The translations under genes were made by a program, and so were the position numbers. DNA of 64,000 nt from positions 4,576,001 through 4,640,000 of the forward strand of contig CBDDPY010000002.1 in NCBI GenBank assembly GCA_965232515.1, given 5' to 3'. Every line of letters starts with the position of its first letter. Positions within the stretch are counted from its first letter, which is position 1. The stretch comes from Alphaproteobacteria bacterium. GTDB taxonomy: Bacteria > Pseudomonadota > Alphaproteobacteria > GCA-2731375. Below the pieces are notes generated by a model, which saw nothing but the letters and a program-made list of their open reading frames with translations, made no database searches and was not told where the DNA came from. Below, piece after piece: positions 33,479-42,378 of the stretch.

Positions 33479-33646
33479 ATGAGCGACAAAGCGACAACGA
33501 CCGACGAGTCGCCGGCCGAACCGTCGTCCGACAACAAGCCGGATGCCGAAAAGGCGAAAAAACCGGTCGAGATCGGCGGCCGCAAAGGCCCCGAGCCGAC
33601 CCGCTACGGCGATTGGGAAGTCAAGGGCATCTGCACCGACTTCTAG
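33479..33646 (+). CDS. DUF1674 / SDHAF4-like small protein (55 aa), not in the ORF track
   Basis: MSDKATTTDESPAEPSSDNKPDAEKAKKPVEIGGRKGPEPTRYGDWEVKGICTDF; hallmark GPEPTRYGDWExKG..xDF. Confidence 0.92.
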   Translation: MSDKATTTDESPAEPSSDNKPDAEKAKKPVEIGGRKGPEPTRYGDWEVKGICTDF

Positions 33647-33658
33647 GCCCAAGACGGC

Positions 33659-34414
33659 TCAGCGCAGCAGGCCGTAGAGCGCCACCACGGCCAGGAACGT
33701 CAATGCGACACGGCGGTAGAGCCGCTCGCTCGATTCCCGGAACAGCTGGCTGCCCAGCCAGGCCGCGAACATGAACGGCGGCGTCAGCACGATGGAACGC
33801 CAGATGCCGGTTTCGCCCACCAGGCCGGCTGTGAACAACACGATCAGCAGGAAGATCTCGGTTATGCCGAAATAGCAGATGATGTTGGCGCGGTTGGTGC
33901 GGGCCTTGTCCTGGCCGGCCAGCATATAGGTCAGCACCGGCGGTCCGCCCATGCTGGTGGTCGCCATCATCGTGCCCGAGACCAGACCCAGCCCAAGCGT
34001 GATCGGCAGCCTTTTCTCGCCGGCATAGCGCCAGCCCGAGATCAGGAACAGCACGAAGGCCAGCACGACACCGGCGACCAGGCGCGACAACAACGCCGGA
34101 TCGATGGTCAGCAGGATATAGCTGCCGAACGGCATGGCGAGGCCTGCGGCGAGACCCATGGGGCCGACGAAACGCCATTGCGCGTCCCGCACCGCGCCGG
34201 GGAACAGCTGAACGGTCACGCCCAGCTCCATCAGCATGATCATCACCACCATCTCGGCCGGCCCGAACAGGATGGCGAAAACCGGCGCCATGGCCATGGC
34301 GGAACCGAAACCGGCAAATCCGCGCATCAGGCCGGCGACGACGGTGACGGCGCCGGCGATCGCCAGGTCGATATCGAACAGCGATGGATCGGGTAGCAAA
34401 CTCTCGGCAAACAT
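33659..34414 (-). CDS. TauE/SafE (TSUP) family exporter
   Basis: RGFAGFGSAM, SMGGPP, multiple TM helices. Confidence 0.85.
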   Translation of the reverse strand: MFAESLLPDPSLFDIDLAIAGAVTVVAGLMRGFAGFGSAMAMAPVFAILFGPAEMVVMIMLMELGVTVQLFPGAVRDAQWRFVGPMGLAAGLAMPFGSYILLTIDPALLSRLVAGVVLAFVLFLISGWRYAGEKRLPITLGLGLVSGTMMATTSMGGPPVLTYMLAGQDKARTNRANIICYFGITEIFLLIVLFTAGLVGETGIWRSIVLTPPFMFAAWLGSQLFRESSERLYRRVALTFLAVVALYGLLR

Positions 34415-34559
34415 TCCGCGCCGTACCAGCCGCCACCCGGCCGGTCAACCCGTGCCCGCGCATGCCTGCACTGCGGCCCATGCCGACGCCGTGCTTGCCC
34501 TCGCGCGGGCGGCGCGCCATGGTGGCGGCCGTTTGGGTTTAGGCGGTTCGAGGCGCGAG

Positions 34560-34973
34560 ATGGAAGCGGTTCTGCAGAGTTTCCTGGCAGGTTTCCCGGT
34601 TCTGATGCTGCATTCCAGCGTGACGCTGGCGATGCTGGTGGCGGGCGTGCTGGTCTACACGGTGCTGACCCCGCACAAGGACTTCGCGCTCGTGCGTCAG
34701 GGCAACACCGCCGCAGCGATTTCGCTGTCGGGCGCCATTGTCGGGCTGGCGCTGCCGCTGGCGGCCTGCATGGCGGCGAGCGTCAGCGTTTACGACATCA
34801 TCATCTGGGGTGTGGTGACGCTGGTGCTGCAGATCCTGGCCTTCCGCATCACCGATCTGTTGCTGCGCGACCTGCCGCGCCGGATCGAGGCCGGCGAGAT
34901 CGGCCCAGCCCTGCTGCTGGTGGCGATCAAGCTGGCGGTCGCCGCCATTAACGCGGCCGCCGTTTCCGGCTGA
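34560..34973 (+). CDS. DUF350 family membrane protein
   Basis: YTVLTPHKDF.LVRQGNTAAA; four TM segments; start at ATG 34560. Confidence 0.85.
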   Translation: MEAVLQSFLAGFPVLMLHSSVTLAMLVAGVLVYTVLTPHKDFALVRQGNTAAAISLSGAIVGLALPLAACMAASVSVYDIIIWGVVTLVLQILAFRITDLLLRDLPRRIEAGEIGPALLLVAIKLAVAAINAAAVSG

Positions 34974-35001
34974 CGCGGCAGCCTGTCACCGGCGCGGCGC
35001 C

Positions 35002-35895
35002 ATGAATCGCCTCCTCAACGGTCTGGTCTATGTGCTGACCGTGGCCGTGATCATCTACAGCGTGCTGATCCGCGATAGCGACCCGCCCGACGATTTGGGG
35101 CCGTCTTTCGATTCGCGACGGCCCGCGCCCCAGGCATATGTGCCGCCGGCCGTTCAGCCAGAACGTCGCGGCGACCTGCCGTCGCCCAGCCGGCGCGATC
35201 CCGAGGTCGTCGTCGAGGTCGGCGAGAAGCGTCCCAGCAGCGGCACGGCCTTCTCCATCGGCGGCCCTGGCGTTTGGATGACGGCGCGTCACGTCGTCGA
35301 CGGCTGCAGCGATATCTACCTCCTGACCGGCGAGCGGCGCGGCGTGCGCGTGCGCGATGTCAAGCTGCACCGCAATGCCGATCTCGCCGTGCTGTTCACC
35401 CGTGGCGGCGTCGATTCACTGCCATTGGCGGCAGGCGGCCTCGATGTCGGCCAGGACGGCTTCGCACCGGGTTATCCCCAGGGCAAGCCGGCCGATCTGC
35501 ACGCGCGCCTGCTCGGCCGCAGCCGCCTGCGCTCGGTCGGTCGCTACAGCACCAACGAACCGGCCATCACTTGGGCCGAACAGCGCCGCGCGCCGGCCTT
35601 CCAGGGCTCGCTCGGCGGACTCAGCGGCGGCCCGATGCTGGACGCCAGCGGTGCGTTGATCGGCGTCGTCGTTGCCGAATCCCGGCGTCGCGGGCGGGTG
35701 ACCTCGGCCGCCCCGGTCTCGATCCGCAACCTTCTGGCCGACCTCGGCGTCACGCCCGCGGTCGCCGGCCCGTCGCCACAACCGGTTTTGACGTCCGGCA
35801 ACTTCGCCAACCGCGGTCAGTCGCTGCGGCAGTCGCTGACCGTCTCCAAGGTGGTTTGTCGCGTTGCCCGTTCGGCCCGGCGGCCACGGCTCTGA
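35002..35895 (+). CDS. Membrane-anchored trypsin-like serine protease
   Basis: N-terminal TM; SGTAF, TARHVV, DLAVL, GLSGGP triad motifs. Confidence 0.85.
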   Translation: MNRLLNGLVYVLTVAVIIYSVLIRDSDPPDDLGPSFDSRRPAPQAYVPPAVQPERRGDLPSPSRRDPEVVVEVGEKRPSSGTAFSIGGPGVWMTARHVVDGCSDIYLLTGERRGVRVRDVKLHRNADLAVLFTRGGVDSLPLAAGGLDVGQDGFAPGYPQGKPADLHARLLGRSRLRSVGRYSTNEPAITWAEQRRAPAFQGSLGGLSGGPMLDASGALIGVVVAESRRRGRVTSAAPVSIRNLLADLGVTPAVAGPSPQPVLTSGNFANRGQSLRQSLTVSKVVCRVARSARRPRL

Positions 35896-35908
35896 GCGCT
35901 GCCGCGTA

Positions 35909-36553
35909 TCAGTCGGGCTCGGTCATCGCGGCCTCGACGAGATCCGCCATTGCCAGACTGTTGCCGTCACCCTGGGCGCGCAGGCCGTTGATGACGCCGC
36001 GGCGGTCGTGCTCGACCCGGTTCTGCGACATCTTCCATTTGCCCTCGATGCGCGTCAGCTCGATTTCGATGCCGATAATGCCGCGGGCCAGGCCGTCGAT
36101 GAAGTCCCGCGGCGCGTCGTCGATCTTCCACGGCAGGTGATAGGGGCTTTCCAGCCGGTCGGTCAGCGCTGCGAGATGCGCCAGCAGGCGGTCCGGTTCC
36201 GTGAAGGTCTTGGCCCGGCCATAGGCATGCACCGCCACATAATTCCAGGTCGGCACGACCTTGCCGGTCCGGTGCTTGGTCGGATACCAGGATGGCGTGA
36301 TGTAGCCCTGCGGTCCCTGAAAGATCAGCAACAGCTCGCGGTCGTCCGCAAGCGCCGCGCCGAACGGGTTCGGCTTGGCGAAATGGCAACGGATGGTGCC
36401 GTGCGGCGCCGGCTGGGGATCGAGCTCCACCGGCAGGTGGCTGGCGATCAGGCCGTCGGGTCCGTCGGTGACGATCGCGGCCGCACCGATCTCCCGCATG
36501 GTCGCGTGCAGCATCTCGATCCGCTCCTCGCGGAAGGCGCGCGGGACATACAT
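35909..36553 (-). CDS. PaiB-like FMN-binding protein
   Basis: MYVP..F, ASHLP, YITPSWY, VPTWNYVAVH, KMSQN. Confidence 0.9.
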   Translation of the reverse strand: MYVPRAFREERIEMLHATMREIGAAAIVTDGPDGLIASHLPVELDPQPAPHGTIRCHFAKPNPFGAALADDRELLLIFQGPQGYITPSWYPTKHRTGKVVPTWNYVAVHAYGRAKTFTEPDRLLAHLAALTDRLESPYHLPWKIDDAPRDFIDGLARGIIGIEIELTRIEGKWKMSQNRVEHDRRGVINGLRAQGDGNSLAMADLVEAAMTEPD

Positions 36554-36556
36554 CTG

Positions 36557-37039
36557 TCAATCTCCTTCCTGCGGCAGCAGGTATTCGTAAAGCGGCAGAC
36601 GCCGGCCGGGGATGGCGTCCGACGGTGCATCGCCGATGCCGACCGCGCCCATGCGTTCGTAGAACGGCGCCGCGTTCGGGTCGGCCAGAATTTCCAGCCG
36701 CCGGGCGTCTCGGGCACGCAGCCAGTCAAGGACGCCGTCGAACAAAAGTCGGCCGACCCCCCGGCCCATCGCTTCCGGCGCGACGAACATCAACGCCAAT
36801 TCGTACTGTGCGTCTACCGGCAGAACTTCAAGGCTGGCGACGCCCAGCAATTGGCCGTCAATATCGTCGGCCACCAACACGCGTCCATCGGCGATCATTT
36901 CGGGCGTGACGCTCAGGCCGGGAAGCGACAGCCGCATGAACTCGGCGTCGTAGCCCCAATGCGCCTTCGAACGAACGCAGAGTTGCGTCAGGACATCGGC
37001 CTCGTCTGCGTTCGGCGTGCGGATGCGGATGGTCGACAT
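36557..37039 (-). CDS. GNAT acetyltransferase
   Basis: SKAHWGY, FVAPEAMGRGVGR, DPNA.PFYERMG; start at ATG 37039. Confidence 0.88.
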   Translation of the reverse strand: MSTIRIRTPNADEADVLTQLCVRSKAHWGYDAEFMRLSLPGLSVTPEMIADGRVLVADDIDGQLLGVASLEVLPVDAQYELALMFVAPEAMGRGVGRLLFDGVLDWLRARDARRLEILADPNAAPFYERMGAVGIGDAPSDAIPGRRLPLYEYLLPQEGD

Positions 37040-37061
37040 GGCAGGGCGATACCCCATGGCC

Positions 37062-37634
37062 TCAGGCCGGATTGCCTGCCAGCCAGGCAATGACGTCAGC
37101 GGCGTTCCGGTCGGGCGGGAACACTGGATAGAACACATGCTCGATCGCGCCATCGCGCAGGATCATCGTCAGGCGTTTCATCAGCGTCATGCCGGCAGCC
37201 TCGAATGTCGGTAGGTGCAGGGCTGACGTCAACGTCAGCCGTTCATCCGACAACAGCGGAAACGGCAGATGCAGACGTTCGGCGGCGTCCCGTTGAAAAT
37301 CCGTCGGCTGCGTCGACAGGCCGAACAGGTGTGCCACGCCCGCGTCGGTCAACTCGGCATGATGGTCGCGAAAGGCGCAGGCCTGCGGCGTGCAGCCACG
37401 GGCGCCGGGGATCATGTCCCAATCGTCCGGACGCGCGGGGTCGTCGCCGGGCAGGCCGGTGCGCGGATAGGCATAGACGACAGTGCGGCCAGTTAACGCC
37501 GACAGGTCGACCATGCCGCTGTCCGTGGCCGGCAGCGTGACCGACGGCAACCGTCGGCCGGCCAGATGCCGCGCGCCGCCATCGTCTTCGGGCGCCGGTA
37601 TCTTTGACCAGTCGACAGTCAGCAGGTCCGTCAT
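37062..37634 (-). CDS. Peroxiredoxin (BCP/PrxQ-like)
   Basis: YAYPR...GCTPQACAFRD, FPLLSD, KRLT, VFYPVFPP. Confidence 0.88.
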   Translation of the reverse strand: MTDLLTVDWSKIPAPEDDGGARHLAGRRLPSVTLPATDSGMVDLSALTGRTVVYAYPRTGLPGDDPARPDDWDMIPGARGCTPQACAFRDHHAELTDAGVAHLFGLSTQPTDFQRDAAERLHLPFPLLSDERLTLTSALHLPTFEAAGMTLMKRLTMILRDGAIEHVFYPVFPPDRNAADVIAWLAGNPA

Positions 37635-37661
37635 GCGATTCTCCCGTCGCGGGCGGGCAGC

Positions 37662-38318
37662 CTAGCCGACGCGGAACTTCGCCAGATAGTCCGGCGGCTC
37701 GATGCCGGGCGTCAGGCGCGGATCGGGGATCGGCGCGCCGACCGTCTGCGTCACCGGGATCACGCCGGCCCAGCAGGGCAGCGCGTAGTCTTCCTCGTCG
37801 TCGGCCGGCGGCCCGGTGCGGATCTTCGCCACCGCCTCTTCGATTTCCATGCCGACCACGGTGGTCGCCTTGATCTCCTGCCCGTTCGGCGGCCGCATCT
37901 CGGCCCAGTGGCCGGGCACGATGCCCTCGACGAACTCCTCCAGCGCCGCGGTCTTCTCGGCATCGTCGGTGATCGCGTGCGCGGTGCCGAAGGCCATGAC
38001 CGAGCGGTAATTCACGCTGCAATGGAAGCCCGAGCGTGCCAGCACCAGACCGTCCATCAGCGCAACCGTCACGCAGGCCGGCACGCCTTCCTTCACCGTG
38101 CGCAGCATGCGGCTCGCCGACGAGCCATGCCAATAGAGCCGCGTGCCGACGCGCCAATGCAGGGTCGGCGTCACGTAGGGTTGGCCGTCAATGACATAGC
38201 CGACATGACAGAACGTGGCGGCATCGATGACGGTGTGTACCGTCTCATGATCGTAATGACCCCGCTCGTGCAGCCGCTTCACCCGTGACCGTTCGCTGGC
38301 CGTATAGCCGTCCGGCAT
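37662..38318 (-). CDS. Pyridoxamine 5'-phosphate oxidase-like flavin-binding protein (NimA-like)
   Basis: CHVGY, HGSSASRM, DGLVLARSGF.SVNYRS, WAGVIP; start at ATG 38318. Confidence 0.88.
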   Translation of the reverse strand: MPDGYTASERSRVKRLHERGHYDHETVHTVIDAATFCHVGYVIDGQPYVTPTLHWRVGTRLYWHGSSASRMLRTVKEGVPACVTVALMDGLVLARSGFHCSVNYRSVMAFGTAHAITDDAEKTAALEEFVEGIVPGHWAEMRPPNGQEIKATTVVGMEIEEAVAKIRTGPPADDEEDYALPCWAGVIPVTQTVGAPIPDPRLTPGIEPPDYLAKFRVG

Positions 38319-38362
38319 CTCGCTTCTCCATTTCCTCAGTGCGCTGTCTTGCCTATAGGCGT

Positions 38363-38411
38363 GAATTGGCTTGGCCAAAAGAGCCAATTCGAAGAAAATC
38401 ATGGGGCCAAT
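38363..38411. promoter_or_regulatory. Putative MocR-family operator
   Basis: GAATTGGCT-N10-AGCCAATTC perfect inverted repeat plus a third GCCAAT copy 23 bp downstream, between divergent genes. Confidence 0.65.
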
Positions 38412-38425
38412 CCGGAGAAGGTCAG

Positions 38426-39907
38426 ATGGTTGCGAAAACGCTGCGCGGCACGCTGCTGCCGTTGGGGATCGACCGGCGGACGGACGTACCGCTGCAACGC
38501 CAGATCTATGACGATCTCAGGCGGCTGATCCTCGACCGTCGGCTGGCGCCGGCAACGCGGCTGCCGTCGACCCGGGCGCTGGCCCACGACCTGGCGGTCT
38601 CGCGCAACACCGTGCTTGCGGCCTTCGAACAACTGTTGGCCGAAGGCTATCTGTCCGGCCGGCAGGGCGCCGGCACATACGTCTCGGCCGAGCTGCCGGA
38701 TGCCGCGCCTTTGACGGCAGAGGCATCGCCGGCCGTCGCCAGGCCGCGACGGCGTGGGCTGTCGCGCCGCGGCACGACGCTGGCCGGGATCGCCGGCAGC
38801 CATCGGGGCAGCCGCGGGCCATTCGCCCTCGGTCTGCCGGCGGTCGACGACTTTCCCTTCGCGGTCTGGAGCCGCCTGCTGGCGCGTGCCTGGCGGTCGC
38901 CGGGCGGGTACGCGGGGCACGGCGATCCGGCCGGCCACCTGCCGCTGCGCGCGGCGATCGCCGATTATCTCCGAGCCGCGCGCGCGGTGCGTTGCACGGC
39001 CGAACAGGTGGTGATCGTCGCCGGCGCCCAGCAGGCGGTCGCGCTCGCGGCGCAGATCCTGCTCGATCCGGGCGACGAAGCCCTGATCGAGGAGCCGGGT
39101 TATGCCGGCCTGCGCGGAGCGCTGACGGCGGCCGGTCTGCGCGTAACGCCGGTGCCGGTCGATCCCGAAGGCATCGACATCGACCGCGGCGCCGTCCTGG
39201 CGCCCGCCGCGCGCTTCGTCTGCGTCGCGCCGTCGCACCAGTATCCGCTCGGCATGACCATGAGCCTGGCGCGCCGCCTGGCGCTGATCGACTGGGCCCG
39301 GCGGCAGGATGCCTGGATTGTCGAAGACGACTACGACAGCGAGTACCGCTATGCCGGCCGGCCGCTGGCGGCGCTGCAGGGGTTGGATGAGACCGGCCGC
39401 GTGCTCTATGTCGGCAGCTTTTCCAAGGTGCTGTTCCCGACGTTGCGGCTCGGTTATGTCGTCGTGCCGGAAGATCTGCTGGCGGCATTCTGCCGGGCCC
39501 GGGCGGCGCTCGATGATCATCCCTCCATGCTGGCTCAGCCGGCGCTGGCGCAGTTTTTCGCCGAGGGCCATTTCGCCGCCCACGTCCGGCGCATGCGCCG
39601 GCTCTATGCCGGCCGTCAGGAGGCGTTGCTCGCCGCGGCGTCGCGCCATCTCGACGGCCTGCTGGAGCTGTCGCCGGACGAGGCCGGCATGCACCTGCTG
39701 GCGCGTCTGTCGCCGGCGCTTGCGGCGTGCATGGACGATCGTGCCGTCGCCGCGCGACTGGCGGCAGCCGGCGTCATCGCGACGCCGCTCAGCGATTACT
39801 ACGACGGGCCGCCCGACCGCCAGGGCCTGTTGCTGGGCTACACCGCCTTCGACGAGCGCGCCATCGAGGACGCCGCCGTGCAGGCGCGCGACGCCCTGTC
39901 GGCCTGA
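38426..39907 (+). CDS. MocR/GabR-family PLP-dependent GntR regulator
   Basis: RLPSTRALAHDLAVSRNTV HTH; PSHQYPLG, EDDYDSEY, GSFSK. Confidence 0.93.
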   Translation: MVAKTLRGTLLPLGIDRRTDVPLQRQIYDDLRRLILDRRLAPATRLPSTRALAHDLAVSRNTVLAAFEQLLAEGYLSGRQGAGTYVSAELPDAAPLTAEASPAVARPRRRGLSRRGTTLAGIAGSHRGSRGPFALGLPAVDDFPFAVWSRLLARAWRSPGGYAGHGDPAGHLPLRAAIADYLRAARAVRCTAEQVVIVAGAQQAVALAAQILLDPGDEALIEEPGYAGLRGALTAAGLRVTPVPVDPEGIDIDRGAVLAPAARFVCVAPSHQYPLGMTMSLARRLALIDWARRQDAWIVEDDYDSEYRYAGRPLAALQGLDETGRVLYVGSFSKVLFPTLRLGYVVVPEDLLAAFCRARAALDDHPSMLAQPALAQFFAEGHFAAHVRRMRRLYAGRQEALLAAASRHLDGLLELSPDEAGMHLLARLSPALAACMDDRAVAARLAAAGVIATPLSDYYDGPPDRQGLLLGYTAFDERAIEDAAVQARDALSA

Positions 39908-41055
39908 GGTCGGGCGTCGGTCCAGGTCAGGACCACTGCCACGGCGCACAGCGCCATGGCGATCAGTGTCAGCAGCGGCCAACCACCCAGCGCATAGAGC
40001 GGGCCGAAGCCGACCGTGCCGACGGTCACCGACAGATAGGTGACGGCGCTGTTCAGGCCCAGGATGGTGCCGCGTTGCGCCGGATCGATGGCCGACAGGC
40101 AGCCGATCAGCAGGTTCAGACCGAAATGATTCATGAGGCCCCAGATGAGCGCGATGCCGACGATGGCGATGTAAGACCCGCTCGCCGCCGTCAGCAGCAG
40201 GTAGACCGCGGCGATGCCGGCATAGGCGAACGGCATGACGCGCCGCGCGCCCAGGCGGTCGATCAGCGGATCGGCGAACACGGCGGCGCCGAAGCCGAGG
40301 CCGTAGGCGAGGGCAACCATGCCGCTGGCGCTGACGGCGTGCCCGAGCGCGTGATGCACATGGTCGCCGAGATAGGCATAGACGCCGTAGAACGCGGTCA
40401 TATAGGCGATGCAGACCAGCAGCAGCCGACCCACACCCGGCACGATCAGTGCCGCCAATGGAGAGGGTGCGGTCGCGACGGCCGGCGCATTGCTGCGATT
40501 CCGCGTTCGCGTCAGCGCCAGTGCCGCTACAAGAGCGAGGCCGGTGAGCGACCCGAAGACCGTGCGCCAGCCGACGAGGTCCGCCAGCACCGCCGACAAC
40601 GAGACGCCGGCCACCATGCTCAGCGTCCAGCCCGTCAATACCGCGCCCAGCACGGCGCTCTCACGTCCGGGCAGCGCCACCACCGTGGCGAAGGCATAGA
40701 TCGCCGGCAGCGCAATGCCGGCGGCAAGGCCGGCCGCGGTCTGGGCGCCGACCAGTCCCCAGACATTCGGTGTCGCCGCGCTCGCCGCGAAGGCAAGGCC
40801 CAGCAGCGCCATGGCGGCGACAAGCGCCCGCTTCACGCCAATCCGGTCGATGTGCCGGGCCAGAAACAGCGCCCCGAACGCGGTGCCCAGGCCGTAGCCG
40901 CCGCCGGCCAGCATCACCGTCGGCACCGGCGCCAGAAACGCCGCGGCGATGCCGGGCGCGATCGGACTCAGGGCCAGTGAGTTCGCGCCGATCACGGCGA
41001 TGCAGACGGTCAGGATCGGGACAACGCCGCGTTGCCCATCGCGGTTCTGAGACAT
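39838..41055 (-). CDS. MFS transporter
   Basis: About 12 TM; DRIGVKR and DRLGARR loop motifs; 3' end overlaps the MocR gene by 70 bp. Confidence 0.85.
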   Translation of the reverse strand: MSQNRDGQRGVVPILTVCIAVIGANSLALSPIAPGIAAAFLAPVPTVMLAGGGYGLGTAFGALFLARHIDRIGVKRALVAAMALLGLAFAASAATPNVWGLVGAQTAAGLAAGIALPAIYAFATVVALPGRESAVLGAVLTGWTLSMVAGVSLSAVLADLVGWRTVFGSLTGLALVAALALTRTRNRSNAPAVATAPSPLAALIVPGVGRLLLVCIAYMTAFYGVYAYLGDHVHHALGHAVSASGMVALAYGLGFGAAVFADPLIDRLGARRVMPFAYAGIAAVYLLLTAASGSYIAIVGIALIWGLMNHFGLNLLIGCLSAIDPAQRGTILGLNSAVTYLSVTVGTVGFGPLYALGGWPLLTLIAMALCAVAVVLTWTDARPQADRASRACTAASSMARSSKAV

Positions 41056-41131
41056 GGACACTACTTTGTTTGGTGTTTCGATTTATGTAATAATTGCCGA
41101 ATGTCATTCGGCTACAAGGCGAAATCACCTG

Positions 41132-41659
41132 ATGATACAAAAAACAGATGATGTTCGGGATGAACGACCGGCGGCGCGTCCTCTGGACGATGCGGACCGA
41201 AGGATATTAGGCGTGCTGGCCGAGGACGCGACCTTGAGCTACGCCCGCCTGGGCGAGCGGGTCGGCCTGTCGCCGCCGGCCGCGCACGAACGGGTCAAGC
41301 GCCTGCGCCAATCGGGCGCCATCCGCGGCACCGTCGCGCTGGTCGATCCGGAAGCCGTGGGCAAGTCGTTGCTCGCCTTCGTCCATGTCGACACAACGGG
41401 CTGGGGCAAGTCCCAGAAGCTGATGGACATCGGCGACTATCCCGAGGTCGAGGAAATCCACTCCGTTGCCGGCGATACCTGCATGCTGCTCAAGGTCCGG
41501 GCCGAGAATCCGCGCGCGCTCGAAGCCATCCTCGAACAGCTCTACGCCACCCCCGGCGTCAAGGCGACCCGCAGCTACGTCGTCCTTTCCACCTACCTCG
41601 AACGCCCACCCCAACCTGGCATCACTGCCCAATGGCCGGCCGTCATGACGCTTGAGTGA
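41132..41659 (+). CDS. Lrp/AsnC-family regulator
   Basis: LDDADRRIL, VGLSPPAAHERVKRL, HSVAGD; divergent from the MFS gene. Confidence 0.9.
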   Translation: MIQKTDDVRDERPAARPLDDADRRILGVLAEDATLSYARLGERVGLSPPAAHERVKRLRQSGAIRGTVALVDPEAVGKSLLAFVHVDTTGWGKSQKLMDIGDYPEVEEIHSVAGDTCMLLKVRAENPRALEAILEQLYATPGVKATRSYVVLSTYLERPPQPGITAQWPAVMTLE

Positions 41660-41682
41660 CGTTACCAATATTTGGTAATGTC
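41658..41682. promoter_or_regulatory. Putative ParD operator overlapping the TA promoter
   Basis: TTACCAA-TAT-TTGGTAA palindrome overlapping a TTGAGT-N16-GGTAAT promoter-like sequence. Confidence 0.6.
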
Positions 41683-41706
41683 GGGATGCGCATAGAGGAA
41701 CTTCTG

Positions 41707-41952
41707 ATGGCTAAAAACACGAGCATTGCACTCGGCGATCATTTCGAGCACTTCGTCGGTCAGCAGGTTGCTGGTGGTCAATACGGCTCGGTGAGCGAGG
41801 TCGTGCGGGCCGGCCTCCGTTTGCTTGAAGAGCGAGAGATGCGGTTGGCGGCATTGCGCCAGGCGCTTGAGGAGGGTGAGCGCAGCGGCGAGGGCGTGCC
41901 GTTCGACGTCGAAGCCTTTCTGGCCGAGCGCGCCGCTGAACAGACGGAGTGA
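41707..41952 (+). CDS. parD: ParD-family (RHH) antitoxin
   Basis: MAKNTSIALGDHF..FV..QV..GQYGSVSEVVRAGLRLLEE...GERSG. Confidence 0.92.
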   Translation: MAKNTSIALGDHFEHFVGQQVAGGQYGSVSEVVRAGLRLLEEREMRLAALRQALEEGERSGEGVPFDVEAFLAERAAEQTE

Positions 41953-42239
41953 CGACCCTTAAGCTGCGCCCGCGCGCCAACGCCGACCTCGCAGGAGTCT
42001 GGCGATACACGGCGAGGGAGTGGGGCGCTGAAACAGCGGACACCTATGTCCGCCAGATCGATGAAGCTTTTGCCCGCTTAGTCACAAACCCGGAAATCGG
42101 ACCGAGATGCGACGATGTTCGGCCGGGATATCGAAAGTATCTGGTAGGCCGGCATTTGATCTTCTATCGGCTGATCGAACACCAAATTGATGTGATCCGT
42201 ATCCTCCATGTGAGCATGGACACAACTCGACACCTGTAA
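41949..42239 (+). CDS. parE: ParE/RelE-family toxin
   Basis: GTGA overlap; A..DL..VWRYT..EWG, GYRKY.VGRHLIFYR, IRILH.SMD. Confidence 0.92.
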   Translation: MTTLKLRPRANADLAGVWRYTAREWGAETADTYVRQIDEAFARLVTNPEIGPRCDDVRPGYRKYLVGRHLIFYRLIEHQIDVIRILHVSMDTTRHL

Positions 42240-42378
42240 GTGCAGTGCCGGCTGGCTACTGTAGGCTGCGTGCCGTCGTTACGTGCAACAATTCTGAAAT
42301 ATCACGGCCTGTCCTCGCCGAATTGCGCCATACTGCTGGTGTGCAGAAGCACGGTGCGGCGGCATAGGGGGTAGTGAC

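Noticed and set aside
39838-39907. 70-bp convergent overlap of MocR and MFS genes as antisense regulation
   Set aside because: More simply a run-on C-terminal tail in GC-rich DNA; nothing suggests selection.
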